Below, in pieces: positions 1 to 16,855 of a stretch of 64,000 bases of DNA. The stretch is taken from positions 24,288,001 through 24,352,000 of the forward strand of contig CP068257.2 of NCBI GenBank assembly GCA_009914755.4, written 5' to 3'. The notes beneath the pieces are model-generated. The model saw only the letters and a list, made by a program, of their open reading frames with translations. It had not been told where the DNA came from and did not search any database. Numbering within the stretch: position 1 is the first letter of the stretch; every line of letters starts with the position of its first letter. This DNA is from the human T2T-CHM13v2.0 reference genome, Homo sapiens. The translations under genes were made by a program, and so were the position numbers.

Positions 1-678
1 CTCTGAACCCACTAAGAGAGAGCAAGAAGAGATGTAAACCTCTCCTTTGCTTCTGATAAAGCCAAGCCCTTACTAGTCCACATGATGCTTTCTCTGGGGA
101 GTGAGTCACATACAGGAGACATGGCTTGTCCAGCTGCGTGCTGGACTGAATTTCAGCTCCAACCTGAACCTTCCAACAGGACAAGGGAGGGAGGAGAATG
201 GGCCGTAGCAAGACTTGCCCACAGCATTGCCATAACAGCTGTGCAGGCTGTGGGTACAACTCTAAGAGCAGCACTCATTTTGTAGTTTCAGTGAGTCGTG
301 TCCCTAAAGCCGTGTCCTGTGTGACCAGCCCCGTCTCTCAAGCTCATGAGAGAAGTCTATCTGACCGGGATAAGAAGGATCCTGGGGCGGGCCCAAGCAA
401 ATGAATGAATTGGGAAACAGTGCCCCTCCCGGCAGCCAGCAAAAACTCCGCCATGCTGTGAAGAAAGTGCATTCTAATTGATTCATGTTGATACATGCTG
501 AATTGATGGAATTTTATACTTCAAAGGATGCAAAGAATTGGTTAGCAAGTCTGATGAGCTCATGGTAGAAAGGATGATTTTCAACATCCATACATAGTGA
601 ATTTCATTCAAAGAGCCTAAAAAGACTTATGCAGATAATTATAAGGGGATCAGGCAAGTGTGTAAGATTAGCACAAAT

Positions 679-696
679 TATATATATATATATATG
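679..696. repeat. (TA)n dinucleotide microsatellite, about 9 units
   Basis: aaattatatatatatatatatgtaaaa. Confidence 0.85.
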
Positions 697-2420
697 TAAA
701 ATCACAACACAGGATTGGGTCCTTTTCCCACAGACAGCACATCATCCTTGTATATATGATAGCTCATTTGAAATGTTTATTTATGCAGATTTTAAAAAGC
801 ACACAAACCCTGTAAGCACTTCTGCACAGTGGCCTACTCGTGTTTTCTTTAACACAAAACTTGCTTTCTGGTGAACAATTCTAGATATAGCAATGGTTCT
901 TTCTCCTCTGCTTTAGCTTATTCACAAGCTTCTTTAACTTCTTTAACAACGTGTGGGGAAACCAAGCCTGGCAACAGAAAGCACTTCACATGGGGGGCTT
1001 GGAAATGAATGGAAAGCGTCTGTCTTCAGGAGAGCATTCACGATGCACAGGAGTGAGAGAAGCTGAAAAGAGTCACTTTAAAAGAAATAATCTGCAACCA
1101 AGAAAATCAAACCACTTTATCATAAACTAGTGAGCCCCTCCCTCCCTGCCTGCCTTCCTTTTTCCAGGGGAGTGCTAGAAATAACTTCATCAATTTCTTT
1201 TCACTTGAAGGGCTCATGGTTCAGAAGAAAAGATGGGCATAAAAATAATTACTATTACAAGTGTTATGGTAGGGATACCGACAGAATGACAAAGAAACAA
1301 GCCTGGGCTTTAGGGATGTGACTAGTGATATTACAGTGGGGCCCCAGGGAAAGAGATCATTGTCCTAGCAGATACAAGTGCATGTACCGAGGCACAGAGG
1401 ACAAGCTGCCCAGGATCTGTGACTCTTCTGGCTGCTGTGGTACAAGGGAAGTGAAAAGGGAAGCAGCTTAGCCAAGAGGCTTTCAGTTTGTGGGATACAG
1501 AGGGCAGAGGAATACACTGACCTATACCATGAGTATGCAATTAGCAAAATCCCAGCCTATGGGAATTCTACGGGTCAAGTGACCTGCGCTTCATGAACAG
1601 GTAAACTGTAAAAAAAGGATGGAGGAGAAGCCTGGAGATTATAAAAGACTAACCAGACAAGTCAGCAGTAAAAAATGGCCAAAAGCATAGCCGATAAGGA
1701 TGCACACAAGAGTGATACAGCCAGAAAGATATTTCAGGAACTGGCCCAAGGAAAAACAGTGGGCATTTTGGTGGCGGTATTTGGGATAGGGCGAGATGCT
1801 ATCGGGGTGGAGGATAAACTTCTAATTCTTGACCTGAGTTTAATCTACGAAAAGAGAAAATATGGGGGAGAAAGGTTCTGTTTACACATGTTGAGTTGCA
1901 ATCTTTCAGAATATTGGGTGGAGCCAATGGAAACATGGACCCAGAGAGCTCACTTCTATGCTGAAACAGCCCACAGGGAAGCATCAGAATGAAAATGGAA
2001 ACGTTCCCAATACTAGCAGAACTCCACAGGCGCTTTGAAAAAAACATCCACATTAGATTCCCCAAAAGGGATTTATCTGGTAATAAATTCTGCTAGACAA
2101 TGAACAGTTCCACCCATGATAAAATAACATGTTGTTGCTGCAAATTCTTTGTATTGTCTAATTGCAGTGCTTAACGTAATAAAATCAGGCTGGTGTTATT
2201 GTTAAGAACTAGAGAGTGAAGCATTTTTTATCCAAATAAAGTGCAATGGGTTTTAAATCAAATCATTTTAGAATAAGAATCCTATGAGATAATAATAAAA
2301 TGCAACTTCATCTTTTCCTGCCGAGAACAAAGAAGAAAATAGTGTAGGAGATGAAAAGTAAAGTAGACCCAACCTTTTTGCTAATTTGTTTTTAGATACG
2401 TACTCCATGCAGACAATGGT

Positions 2421-2440
2421 GAAGTGAAGTGAAGTGAAGG
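2421..2440. repeat. (GTGAA)4 pentanucleotide repeat
   Basis: gtgaagtgaagtgaagtgaagg. Confidence 0.85.
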
Positions 2441-3189
2441 GGTGTCATCTTTATTCACCTAGAGAACCACAAATCTTGGTGCTGGAAAGTACGATCCATT
2501 CGACATGATGGACTATTTCCCACCCGGCCACTCACTCGAGAATGGATAACCTGTTTTCCCGCCTGGGGTAACTGCTTTCCATGGATGTACAGCTTCAGGC
2601 CTCATACGAGAGGATCTCACAACAATCTCTTCAAACTTTTTCTAATCCCCACACTTTCCAGTCTTGGCACAAGACCTCATCCAGGCTTCTGAGTCTTTGT
2701 TGAAAATTTACACAAAATTCTAGAAATGTATTTTCTTTAAGATAGTTACTTTAAAAATGTTATTTTCATCTCAGCACAGTTAGCCTTTCCTTATCTGTTC
2801 TTAAAATGTTTCAACTTGAAACTAAAAAAGAAAAAAAAAAACACATTTCATCTCAAATTATGATATACTAAATAATTATTGACTTGGCCCCAAACATTTC
2901 TACTCTTTTCTTCTTACACAATCAGATTTAAAAATGTAACTACCTTTTCTAAACATACAATATTAAAGCATACTCAACTTCAGTAACAGGTAATGAATGT
3001 ACCTCAAAAGTCAGAGCCTCTACGTTAAGTACCATAGTGCTCCAACATCGTTTTTTACATTTTTAAAATTTTATTTTTTATTGATACATAATAGATGTGC
3101 ATATTTTCAGATTATATGAGAAAACTTAATATATTCATATAATTTGGAAAGATCAAATCAGTATAATGGGATATCCATCACTTAAATGT

Positions 3190-3495
3190 TTTTCTTTTCT
3201 TTTTGCTTTGAGGAAGGGTCTCTCTCTGTCACTCAGGCTGGAGTGCAGTGATGTGATCATAGCTCACTTGAACCTTGAACTGCTGGGCTCAAGTGATCTT
3301 CTCACCTCAGCCTCCAGAGCAGCTGGGTCTACAGGCATGCACCATCACACCTGGCTAATTTTTAAATATTTGTTTTGTAGAGATGGGGTCTCACTATGAT
3401 GCCCTGGCTAGTCTTGAATTGCTGGGGTCAAGTGATTTTCCCACCTCGGCCTTCCCAAGTGCTGGGACTATAGGTGTAAGCCATCGTGCCCAGCC
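3190..3495 (-). mobile_element. Alu SINE (full length, diverged)
   Basis: T-rich leader, then gtctctctctgtcactcaggctggagtgcagtg ... tgctgggactataggtgtaagccatcgtgcccagcc, i.e. the reverse complement of the Alu consensus. Confidence 0.9.
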
Positions 3496-4021
3496 TGTCT
3501 TCTTTACGCTAGAAACTTTCAAATTAGGTTCTCCTAGCTATTTTTAAATATACAGTAGATTACTGTAAATTAGTCACCTTGCTGATAATTAAATACTAGG
3601 TCTTGCTTCTTCTATCAAACTGTGTATTTGTATCCATTAATGAACCTCCCTTTGTAAGTATGATGTAAGCAATCCTTACTTGGCTACACTATAAGCTTCA
3701 ACAACAAATTAAAAAATGATTCACATTATAGAGCATTTATACATGCCTTTTCATCTTCCAAGTGTGGTAAACATTAATTAACCCTGGCTAATTAAAACAG
3801 CCACAGTTGACACATTTACTCATTAATCAGCCTCAAGCAAATGCAAAGCATTAAACTCTTTCACGTTTTGGTACCAATTAAATGTTATTATTTTTTTTTT
3901 AATGAAGAGGTCATAAATTTAAGACATGTAGTTCTTAGATTTAAATTTGATAGTGGTTGAAAAAATTTGACAATAGTTCACATTCTTAAAAGTCAAGGAA
4001 AATAAAAACATAACCGCATTA

Positions 4022-4452
4022 TGGGTTGAATTTTCCCCCAAAATATATGTTGAAGTCCTAATGCCTACACCTAAGAATACAGCCTTACTTGGAAACAGGG
4101 TCTTTGCAGATATAAGATGAGGTCACAATGGAGAAGGGTGGGCCCTTAATCATATTAGAGAAGACACAGAAACAGAGACATGGGGAGTAACACCATGTGA
4201 AGACAGAGGTGGAGATTGGAGGGGTGCATGTACCAACCAAAGGAATATCAAGGGCTGGCAGCAGCACTAGAGCAAGCGAAAGGCATGAAACAGATTCTCC
4301 CCTAGAGCTGTAAGAGGCAGTGTGGCCCTGGCAACACCTTGCTTTAGGACTTCTAACCTCTAGAATAATGAGATAATGAGAGAGTATATTTCTGTTGGTT
4401 TCGGCCATGCGGTTTGTGGTAACTGGTTCCAGCAGCCCTAGGAATCTAATAC
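4022..4452 (+). mobile_element. MaLR (MLT1-type) solo LTR
   Basis: Starts atgggttgaattttcccc, like the MaLR TGATATGGTTTG... start. Contains the ggggtgcatgtaccaaccaaag stretch and ends ...tttctgttggtttcggccatgcggtttgtggtaactggttccagcagccctaggaatctaatac, like the MaLR end ...CAGTCTATGGTATTTTGTTATAGCAGC. This explains the spurious 173-aa ORF at 4085..4606(-). Confidence 0.7.
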
Positions 4453-4528
4453 ACTGCCCATGTAAGTGAATATTAGCTATTTGCTGATAAGACAAGAATT
4501 TCTGGTTATAATAAATATACTGGAATAG

Positions 4529-4828
<300 letters not shown>

Positions 4829-5654
4829 GAATGTGGTTTCTTAGTGAGTCCTTTACTCAAGGCTGGAATTAAACAAAGGAGATGAATCACGAGCTCTATG
4901 ATAATAGTCTAATAGTCTAATCTAGCCCTCTTAAGTGCAGAGATGTTTTCCCTCTGAACACCCGTGTGTTTCAGCTCTGTTCCTCTTCCAATGCCCTTCC
5001 ACAGGGAACAAATCCTTTCTTGACCACCAATGGCTGCATGACTTATCCTGAGAAGATCATGGGGATTTTGGATGCCAGGTCAACCCTTACACTCAGCAAG
5101 GAAGTGGAAGGGCCTCAGTTTCAAACACTTTGTAAACACAGAGGTTAGGTCATTTCCTCTCCAATAAGCCAGAAGCTGAGCTGTCCCTGGCAGCAAACTG
5201 TGTGTCAAATGCCTGGCGGGTTTCAGGTTTTACTAACTCCAGAGTGACGAAACATCACCACCTCTAATGCCAGAAAGAAGTCAGCTGTTGTACCTGTGTC
5301 ACAACTAAATTTACTGAAGTCAGGGCAGCTGAAGTAATCTATAAAACTTAGCATGTCAATTTCAATTTAGCGTTCACATTCAACAAATTGTGTATTTAAA
5401 AAAAAATCTCCAGTAGTCTAAAAGTTTTCATTTTATTCTTGTGTAAAATCTGGAAGACTGGAATAGAATGTTTTATGGTATGAGTGTTTAGTAGCAACAT
5501 TAGGTTAACTGTGACCTTTTGGCTCAAGACATGAGAAAATATAGCTAACAATGCTTGGTTATGGGTTTGTCACACTATACTTTGTTATACTATCCAGCAG
5601 TATCCACCTGCTTTAACAGTGTGGATACACTAAAAACTAATTTAAAAAAATCTG

Positions 5655-5957
<303 letters not shown>

Positions 5958-6239
5958 CTGTCAAATCCCTCCATACAAGTGTATGCACTTCACATACCAA
6001 GGAGGTCTAGGATTTGAAGTTCATCAAGGCCGAGTGTAGGCTGCCAGACCACAACCTCGTTTTAATGCCTTAGGTGCAGAAACAGGAGAAATAATACCTT
6101 CCATGCCTCCCCTGACTAGCTTTAGGATAAAGAAGCTGTGCACTAAATAGACAGTAGCTGAGGAACGATGAAGAGGATCTACCCAAAGTATGAATAAGCC
6201 AACTGCTATGGATCGAACTGTGTGCCCCTGAAAATTCAT

Positions 6240-6890
<651 letters not shown>

Positions 6891-7860
6891 CTAGTCACAC
6901 TCAGACAAAAGAAAGAGCACAGGTCAGAATAGCTTTTTCTAGAGGATTCTGTTTTCTTTCTTTCTTCGGCTTCTTTTTCTTTTTTTCCTGAAGGCAATAG
7001 CTGAATCTGAGAGTAACAAGGGGCTCACCAGGGATGTGCAAGGAATTTCTTGTACTGCCCCTTTCATGGAAATGACAAGGAAGTGATTTATTTCAGATGT
7101 GACTCAGTTCAGGATTTGAAAGCACATGTGACAAATGGTCAAGTAAAGAAAAAGCTTTTCTTTTTCTTTACTTGACCATTTGCCACGCAAGTTCCCAAGT
7201 TCTTCCTCCCTATCTTGCTTCATTACAGGCAGTGGGAAAAATCCAAACAGCTTCCCCCTGTGTCTGGGACATCTCCAGCTCTGTGGTGTATTTACTTTGA
7301 AGGAACAAAAAAGGGGATAGTATATGACTTCCATCCCAAGTCACTATAGGATATACTTTAAGAAACAAGGGAGTTTAAATTGCTCTGCTGTATAACCTGC
7401 AAAATTCATCTCCTACTGCAGAATAGAGTGAGTTGCTTCTCAGGATTCGCACCTGGAGTTGGTATTCAGCACATGTTTTCTTTGTAACATTTCTGTCAAT
7501 TCTCTAAAAAGACCACACTTTTTGAGCTGGCACTAGGCTCTCTGACAATCTTCCAAGACGAAGCTTTTACAGTCCATCATTTACAATGCTGACAACTCCA
7601 GGCACATTTTGTCAATTTTCCCTTTCATCTCTTATTAAAATAAAATAATATCACTTTGGATTTGAAGAGAGCCTAAATGGATAATTCTTTAAGCAGAATG
7701 TCAGTATCAATGATAGAAAGGGAAGAATCTAAGAGGGAGGTAAATGTTCTATAAGTAGAGAAGTAGGTTCACAATTTCTGAAACAGCAAATCAAACAGCA
7801 AATGGGGGAAAGTTATGAAAGGCAGAATTTTGTGACTCAAGCCCATCTTATGCTTATACA

Positions 7861-8200
<340 letters not shown>

Positions 8201-11200
8201 TAATGGACATTAATAAGCAGTTTATGCCAATCCCTTTTCATAGCTAATAAGAAGTCTTATCTTGGATAAATAAAACCTAGCCACTAATGCTGCCACACCC
8301 AAATAAACTCTCTATGCATCTGAACTTCTTGAGGTTAATAATGCTTCATTGTAATATTTTATAAAATCACCACTTTGGAAGTGAACACCACTAGAAATTC
8401 ACATGGCCAGTTTATAGATGGGGACTGGGGGAAGCAGGGAGGATCTCTGCAATCCAGTAGTTAGGCTCTGCCAGAATGTATTTAGAGTTGTCTCTAAATA
8501 CATTCTGAGTCTCTGCTTCATTTTTTTTTTCAATGAAAATGACAATGTCTGTCATCCCATGTTCAAGACAAATATAACAAGTTTCTAAGAATCCTTATAT
8601 TTTTGTTATTGCATATAAGCATGAGTTTTAAAAACCTCTGAATGTTTAAAGGATCACCTGGGGGAATAAGAAAAATGCAGATCTCTGTAGGTCTGAGGTA
8701 GAGCCCAAGAATCTGTATTTTTAACTAGAATTCCTCTAAATTACTGTGCTTCACTTGGCCCCAATTACACATTAGGAGACAATGATTTCAGGATGACAAT
8801 CAGCCTTTTCCATCCAAGGACTTAAAGCAGCTAAACCGAAGACACCGACAAATACCAGATACTTTTCTCAGTCTACTGGCTGATGGCACAAAAGTGCAGA
8901 AGTCACGTAGGGCAGTATGGAAAGCTCGAGCTAGGACTGGAGTCAGCGAGAGACGCTAGCTTCCCCTGTTCGTGGATTCCGAAGCCTCAAGCCCACATTA
9001 ACAAGGCCTTAGACGACAGTAAACACCCAGACTCAGGCTCCTACAGAGGGCCCCCAGTTCTGCTCTAATATACCTATTTTTCTTTAAATAAAAAACATCT
9101 GATTTTTGCACCCCAGGTATTTAAAGACACACTTTGATTTCTGAAAGGCTTTTGACCACACATGAGGAACTCCTTGGGCCTTGACCATTTTTAGCACTTT
9201 CACAGTTTCTGATTTTGATCAAGCCACTTAATCACCCAGGATTCTGAATCTGAAAACCAGGAGGGTTTAATTCCACTTTCATGTTCCCTTGAGGAGCTGT
9301 TGGCAGCAGGATGAAGGCAGGTCCATACAGAACATGGGAAGGAAGCCAGGAAGCCAGCTTTTCCTTTCACATCAAAGAGATCTAGAAAGCAAAACCTGTC
9401 TCACATTTGCATACAATATTAGACTTACATATGGATGCCATGTCTGTCAAAAGACAGGCTAATTAGGGCATTAGTTTCTTTAATGGTTGCGATTTAGTAA
9501 TTCACAAATAGTCCCACTTAATTTTTCATCCTATACCTAAAGGATCTACTTCACACTTGAAGTTTAAGAAGGCTTCTCCCTTAAGATAGAAAGAAGGCAT
9601 TCAAGTATCAAAATACTGGTTTCCTGCCAAAAAATAAGGGATGAGAAAAAGCAGACACTTAGCTTATCAATCAAAATGCTGGCAGGGAAAGACTACTGGA
9701 TTACCAAGTTCATTCCCCTAGCCTGCACTGATTCCTCTTTTTCTCTAAAGTTTCTTATTTTTTCAGTTTTTCTCATGATACTGACATTGCCAACCAGCAG
9801 TCTGGAAACTGTTCAGGTTGATTCTTAGCAGAAAATCGAGGGGCTCTCCTGTTACTGTTAATATCCTTAAAACACTTAAATTTGGTTAGTTTGCTTCAAG
9901 CATTCTCAGTATATTACAAAAAAAAAAAGTACTCAAGAATTTCTAGACTTTATTTTGACTGACATCAGCTACCCTAATGAACAGGAGGGGACAACAGCAA
10001 GGTATATTAGGAGCATCTCCTTCCTTTTTAATCAGAATTATATAGGAATTAAGAACTCTAAGGCCACAGTAGAGTATAGTATCTTGGAAGAAGAAAGCGG
10101 AGAATGTCTGACATTTTCACTGATCGTTTAGGCTGATGGCTTAAACCATTTCCACCCAAGTTTCTTACAAGTTAGCATTTCCAGCCAACATTACCTACTG
10201 CAATTTCTCTATAATCTTAAGGGTATTGAGCCCCCAAATGAGAGAGAGAAAAGAGATGTAAACTAAACAGGAGTCAGAGAAGGGGAAACTGAGTCTGTTG
10301 CACATCATTTACCCTTTAACATGATTTTAAAGGTAATAATGCTTATAAAAATATTAGTAGTAGTAAGGGATATCAGGTGACAAGCAGAAGTGCCCCTCTC
10401 CACAGATATGCCAGTGTATCTGTAGAAATACGGTGCTAAAATTAGAAAAGACTGAACATTTTAATTTATTAGGTAGACCCAAATAGTCTAAAAGGTTTCA
10501 CCCATATACTTAGCAATAGTTTATGAAAGTTCCTTTTCACCTATCCTTATCATGACAAGGCATAACAGATTTTTAAAAAACTACCAATTGGCCATAATTT
10601 TTAAAAAATTACATTTTCATTGGTATTAATAATAAGAAGTTGTTCACCTTTTAATCTACAACTAATTATCAGATATGCATGCATTTTTTTTCTATGAATT
10701 GCAGCTGTTAAATTTTTGTGAATTAATCCAATGCATCAATTCCTTTGGGTTTTCACCTTAAACATTTTTGTGGCATACAATTTGTATAATGTGAATTTAG
10801 AAGATAATAGCATAGGTGACTGGGGTGCTACAATGGATTCTCACCTATTTATTAACTTTTTAATGAGTTGATTAGTCTCTAAATCAGTAATTCGCAAAGT
10901 TTAGCATTTATCAATGTCACCTGGACAGCTTGATAAAATACAGATTGCTCAGCCCCATCCCTAGCTTTGCTGATTCAGGAGGTCAGGGGTGGGATCATGG
11001 AATGTGCTTTTCCAACAAGTTCCCAGGTGATGCCAGGCGATGCTGATGTTGCTAGACTAAGGACCACACTTGGAGAACCACAGCTCTGAAATATTCCCTG
11101 GGCATGGTATTTGCAATACATACTTTATACCTAATAATTTGTTTCAGGACACACAAATGCACATGAGATTTGATACATACTCTCAAAAAGCTAACAATCA

Positions 11201-11549
11201 GTTAAGTGGTAATTCACTGACATGTACACATCAAAGTAATGTTAGACACATGTAATAGGCCAAGATTGGGGATGGGCATTATAGGCAGATGGAATAACAT
11301 AAATAAATGCATCCAGGGCTATGGATATAAGATCAGCCTGGCTGGCAAAGTCAGACTCATGAAGGAGATTAATGGGAAAACCTATCTGTTTTGTCTGTCT
11401 CAGGTTATTTTGAGGATCAAGTGAAACTTAGAAACAATAACAACAAAAAAAGCAAAGTCTGTGATCAAGAAGAATTACTCTGTTGCAACAATATAAACTA
11501 AGAAAAAAATACGCAAAATTCTCTGCTGCCTTGGGAGATGATCTCATGA

Positions 11550-11869
<320 letters not shown>

Positions 11870-13133
11870 AATGTGTATGATTTAATAGCCAGCAGCAACA
11901 GGCCACTAACATGCCATCTGCTAACAGGGGCTCTAGCTATTAACATCAACAGAGCTAAAAACTCTTATGTCTGATCCCTTGCAAATGGCGAAGACCTGGC
12001 TGAGAATTATTATCTCATGCTTTCAGAGAAAACTTTGCTTGTCCTGCACTGAAAAATCTGGCTGCAATAATCACATGGAAGAAGGTATGTTTGTTGGCAT
12101 GGTTCATGGGCTGGCTTATGACTTCTAAGCAGAAGATACAAAATAATATAAAAATCCTGCAACATGCACAATGTAGCTGATATTCATGTTCTCTTTAAAT
12201 ATCTTAACACTGACTTACATATTTAAGGGTGTGGAGTCTTTGAGCTTGGGAAGCATCTTATTACTGAGGTACAAATGCTAAAAGAGGGACATTTCTTCTA
12301 TCTACCGCATTTTCAATGAAAAGATGCTGAAGGTGAATAAACAGCTCTGCAAACCCAGTTTTGTTTAACTTGGCAACAGCAGTAAGTAAGTATCACTGGA
12401 CACAGAGACACTGGAATAGATTCAGTCTTTAGTCTTATTCATCACGTCTGACCTTGGGCATATTACATGGTTTTCCTGAGCCTATGAAATCATGCGGCTG
12501 AACGAGCTGAAAACTAAGATTCTTTCCTTTGCTAATAAATTTCAGCAAACGATAGGAGTAAGAACGGCTGTCTAACGAGACTACCAAATGCTACGAGACG
12601 CAGCAAGCAATGTCCCTTTACCTAATGGATACAGCTTCTTAACTGTTTATCCAAAGTCTCCCCAAGCAAATTCTAAATTATTCTAAATTATTTGAGTAAC
12701 AAAGATTGGGCCCTTATACCTGTGACGTGTCTGGCAATGACAAAGAATGTGGAACATGGGAAGCATTTAATACATATTTATTGAAGATCCTGTGTCCTTA
12801 TTTCTTCAATCTCCTTGCTATTCACAATGGCGAATGATATGAATATACATATATATATCCTATCATGGTAAATATATATAACATAAATCTTACTGTTTTA
12901 ACCATTTTAAGTGTAACGCTCAGGGTATTAAGTATATTTCACGATGCTGTGCAATGTGATGGACGATGCATCACGGCCATCCATCTTCCCCACTGAACTA
13001 TTTTCAATATTGCCAAATTGAACCTCTGTGCCCTTTAAACACTAACTCCACAGTCCCTCATCCTCTCAGCCCCTGGCAATCAGCATTCTACTTTCTGTAT
13101 CTATGAATTTACTACCCTAGGTACCTCATGTAA

Positions 13134-13828
<695 letters not shown>

Positions 13829-14700
13829 TCTATCACATATACACTTGTGAAAACTTCTAAGACTTCCTTACAAATAAAAGTGGTGACTGAGAACTAAGCC
13901 ATATACCTAGTGATATCTCAGTGGTGATGATAAAGTTAGTTTTTATTTGACAAAATCTATTTGCTATCAGAATACTATACTTAAAAATCATAAGCTTTAA
14001 CAATTAAATCGCATGTATAAAAATTTTAGAGAACATGCAGCTATAGCAACTTCAATGCTATACAGGAAGCTGAAGACATAGGTCCACACCTCAGTATCTG
14101 CCCTCAGGGGATGGGCAGACAAATTTCAATGCCCCCCCCCAACCAAAAGCAAAGACACAAAAGGCATGTACAAGACAATACAAGTTGTTGCCAAGCACTG
14201 TTTCAAAGAAATAAGATTTAACTCATGCTTTTAGGAGCATATGTAAATACATAATAATTATCAAAAGACAAACACATTAAACAGGCTTTTTTAAACGCAC
14301 TATCTGAAGTCAATGAATCCATCAACAGGAGCTGAAATTAAGTAACGCCCTGGCCTTGACCCTCTGACCCCGTTTCATGCTCGAAGTCCAAAGCCTCTTC
14401 ACAAATAGTGTTTAGGTGCACACCAAGTCAACATTCCTTTGGACACGTCTCATAACTTGGAACCGGTTAATAGATGGATCCACTATTTTTGATGAGATAT
14501 TATAACTAACCTTCTATGATTTACTTTCTAAAGCAGCCCATAGTGCATACGGCAGGAAAACTGTTAACTAATAATGGCACTTACTCAGAAAATACATGCA
14601 AAATTTGTTTCTGAGTTGAACACCAACAAGCAAATTAACATGTCTTCCAAACTCCGTCTCACATGAAACAAACTCATGTCATTCCCAGTTAGTGTTTGTG

Positions 14701-14766
14701 GAAACATATTTCAAAATTAATCTCAAAATTCGGGAAACATATTTCAAAATTAATCTCAATTTGGAT
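14701..14766. repeat. Tandem duplication, 2 x 33 bp
   Basis: gaaacatatttcaaaattaatctcaaaattcgg followed by gaaacatatttcaaaattaatctcaatttgg. The 26-bp cores are identical. Confidence 0.9.
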
Positions 14767-15800
14767 TCATCTCCATACTCAGGGTGGCAAACATCACTGA
14801 TTTTTTTCCCCTCCTCTTTTAAAAAATGAACCTTGAAGGCAGATGCTTGTGAAAAACAGAATAACCAGCCCTTGTTCCAGTCTAAAATCATTGGTTGTTC
14901 CCAAGACTCTACAAAAAAAGCAGGACACATCTGCTCTAGTGTTCCATGCCAGGAAGTAGTTCCACAGCCACCACTGTGGTCTGACTTCACTTCCCAATCA
15001 TTTTAATTTGGATTTCTTTTTAGATTTTGTTTCAAATTACAGGGCCATACAAACGAGCTGGTGAGTTGAGAAAATAGCTTTGGAACTGCATTGGATCATC
15101 AAAAGAAACGGCAGACTTTGGCGTGGGAGACCATGCCTCAGGCTCCATCCATTTGGTTGAGGTGCCCACACATGCACAAAAATAAAAGAATGGCATAAAA
15201 ACAGACAAAAACTACTGACATGTCAGTCATCATGGCTTAAGGAAAAGCTCACAAATAATTTCTCTGGAATCTCACCAAAATTTGGAGTAAAAGATGATAG
15301 CATGCTAAATCAGTTCTCTTGCTACTTCTAAAATACTAACGTTCCTGAATGGGGCTCAAGGTGGAATCATTTCGAGGCAAATATCAGTTCTAGTAGATAA
15401 AAGTGTTGTTTAAAACCTCATTAACATTATATATAAATATTCCCCAAAATGATCTACAGATCCAATGCAATCCGCACTTTTTTTTTTTTTTTTTTTTTTG
15501 CAGAAATGGTAGTGGGGGCAGGGGGTGAGGAAGATCTTAAAATTCATGTTGTAATGCAAGAGACTCCGGATACTCAAAGTAATATTGAAAAAGAAGAACA
15601 AAGATAACGGACTCACACTTGCTGATTTCAAAATTTACTACAAAGCTACAATAATCAAAACAGTGTGGTACTACAGTAAGCACAGGCACACAGATCAAAG
15701 AAAAGAACTAAGAATTAAGAAATAAACCCATATTATCTATGGACAATTGATTTTGTGTAATAGTGCCAAGACCATTCAATGGGGGAAATAATAGTCTTTT

Positions 15801-16077
15801 TCTTCCTTTTTTTGAGACAGGGTCTTGCTCTATTGCCCAGGTGGCGTGATCAAGGCTCACTGCAGCCTCAGCCACCCCAGGCTCAGGAGATCCTCCCACC
15901 ACAGCCTCCTGAGTAGCTGGGACTACAAATAGATGTTATCATGCCTGGATAATTTTTTTGTAGAAATGTGGTCTTGCCATGTTTCCCATTCTGGTCTTGA
16001 ACTTCTGGGCTCAAGTCATCTGCCCACCTTGGCCTCCCAAAATGCTGGAATTACAGGCATGAGCCACTGCACCTGGC
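15801..16077 (-). mobile_element. Alu SINE nested inside an old L1, with a 13 bp target-site duplication
   Basis: cttcctttttttgagacagggtcttgctctattgcccagg ... ggaattacaggcatgagccactgcacctggc. Direct repeat aatagtctttttc on both sides. The flanks are L1 ORF2-like. Confidence 0.93.
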
Positions 16078-16480
16078 AAGAATAGTCTTTTTCAACAAAT
16101 GGTGCTGGGACACTGGATATTTATATGCAAAAGAATAAAGTCAAACCTCTACCTCACACCATATATGAAAATTAAAATGAATCAAAGATTTAACTGTAAG
16201 AGCTAAAACTACAAAACTCTTAGAAGGTAACAGGTATAAATCGTTGTAACCTTGTTTCGGACAATGGTTTCCTAGATACCATACCATAGTAACTGCCACA
16301 AAAGAAAAAACTGATAAAATAGACTTCTAAATTGAAAATTTTTGTGTGTCAAAAGGATCCTATTAAGGAAGTGAAAATACAACCTACAGAATGGGTAAAA
16401 TATTTCCAAATAATGTATTTGATAAGAATTTAATAGTATCCAGAATATATAAAAATTCTTACAACTCAATAATAACAGCA

Positions 16481-16855
<375 letters not shown>

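Noticed and set aside
1-500. Possible additional old MaLR-like or LTR-like sequence at the 5' end of the window (ccgccatgctgtgaag, ggataagaaggatcctggggcgggcccaagc)
   Set aside because: The similarity to the MaLR consensus is too vague to support a call without RepeatMasker.
8880-9020. Moderately GC-rich, CpG-containing segment (gcagtatggaaagctcgagctaggactggagtcagcgagagacgctagcttcccctgttcgtggattccgaagcc) resembling a tRNA-derived SINE (MIR-like?)
   Set aside because: The resemblance to MIR is too weak for me to call by eye, there is no CpG-island-scale enrichment, and I have no evidence of function. I left it unannotated.
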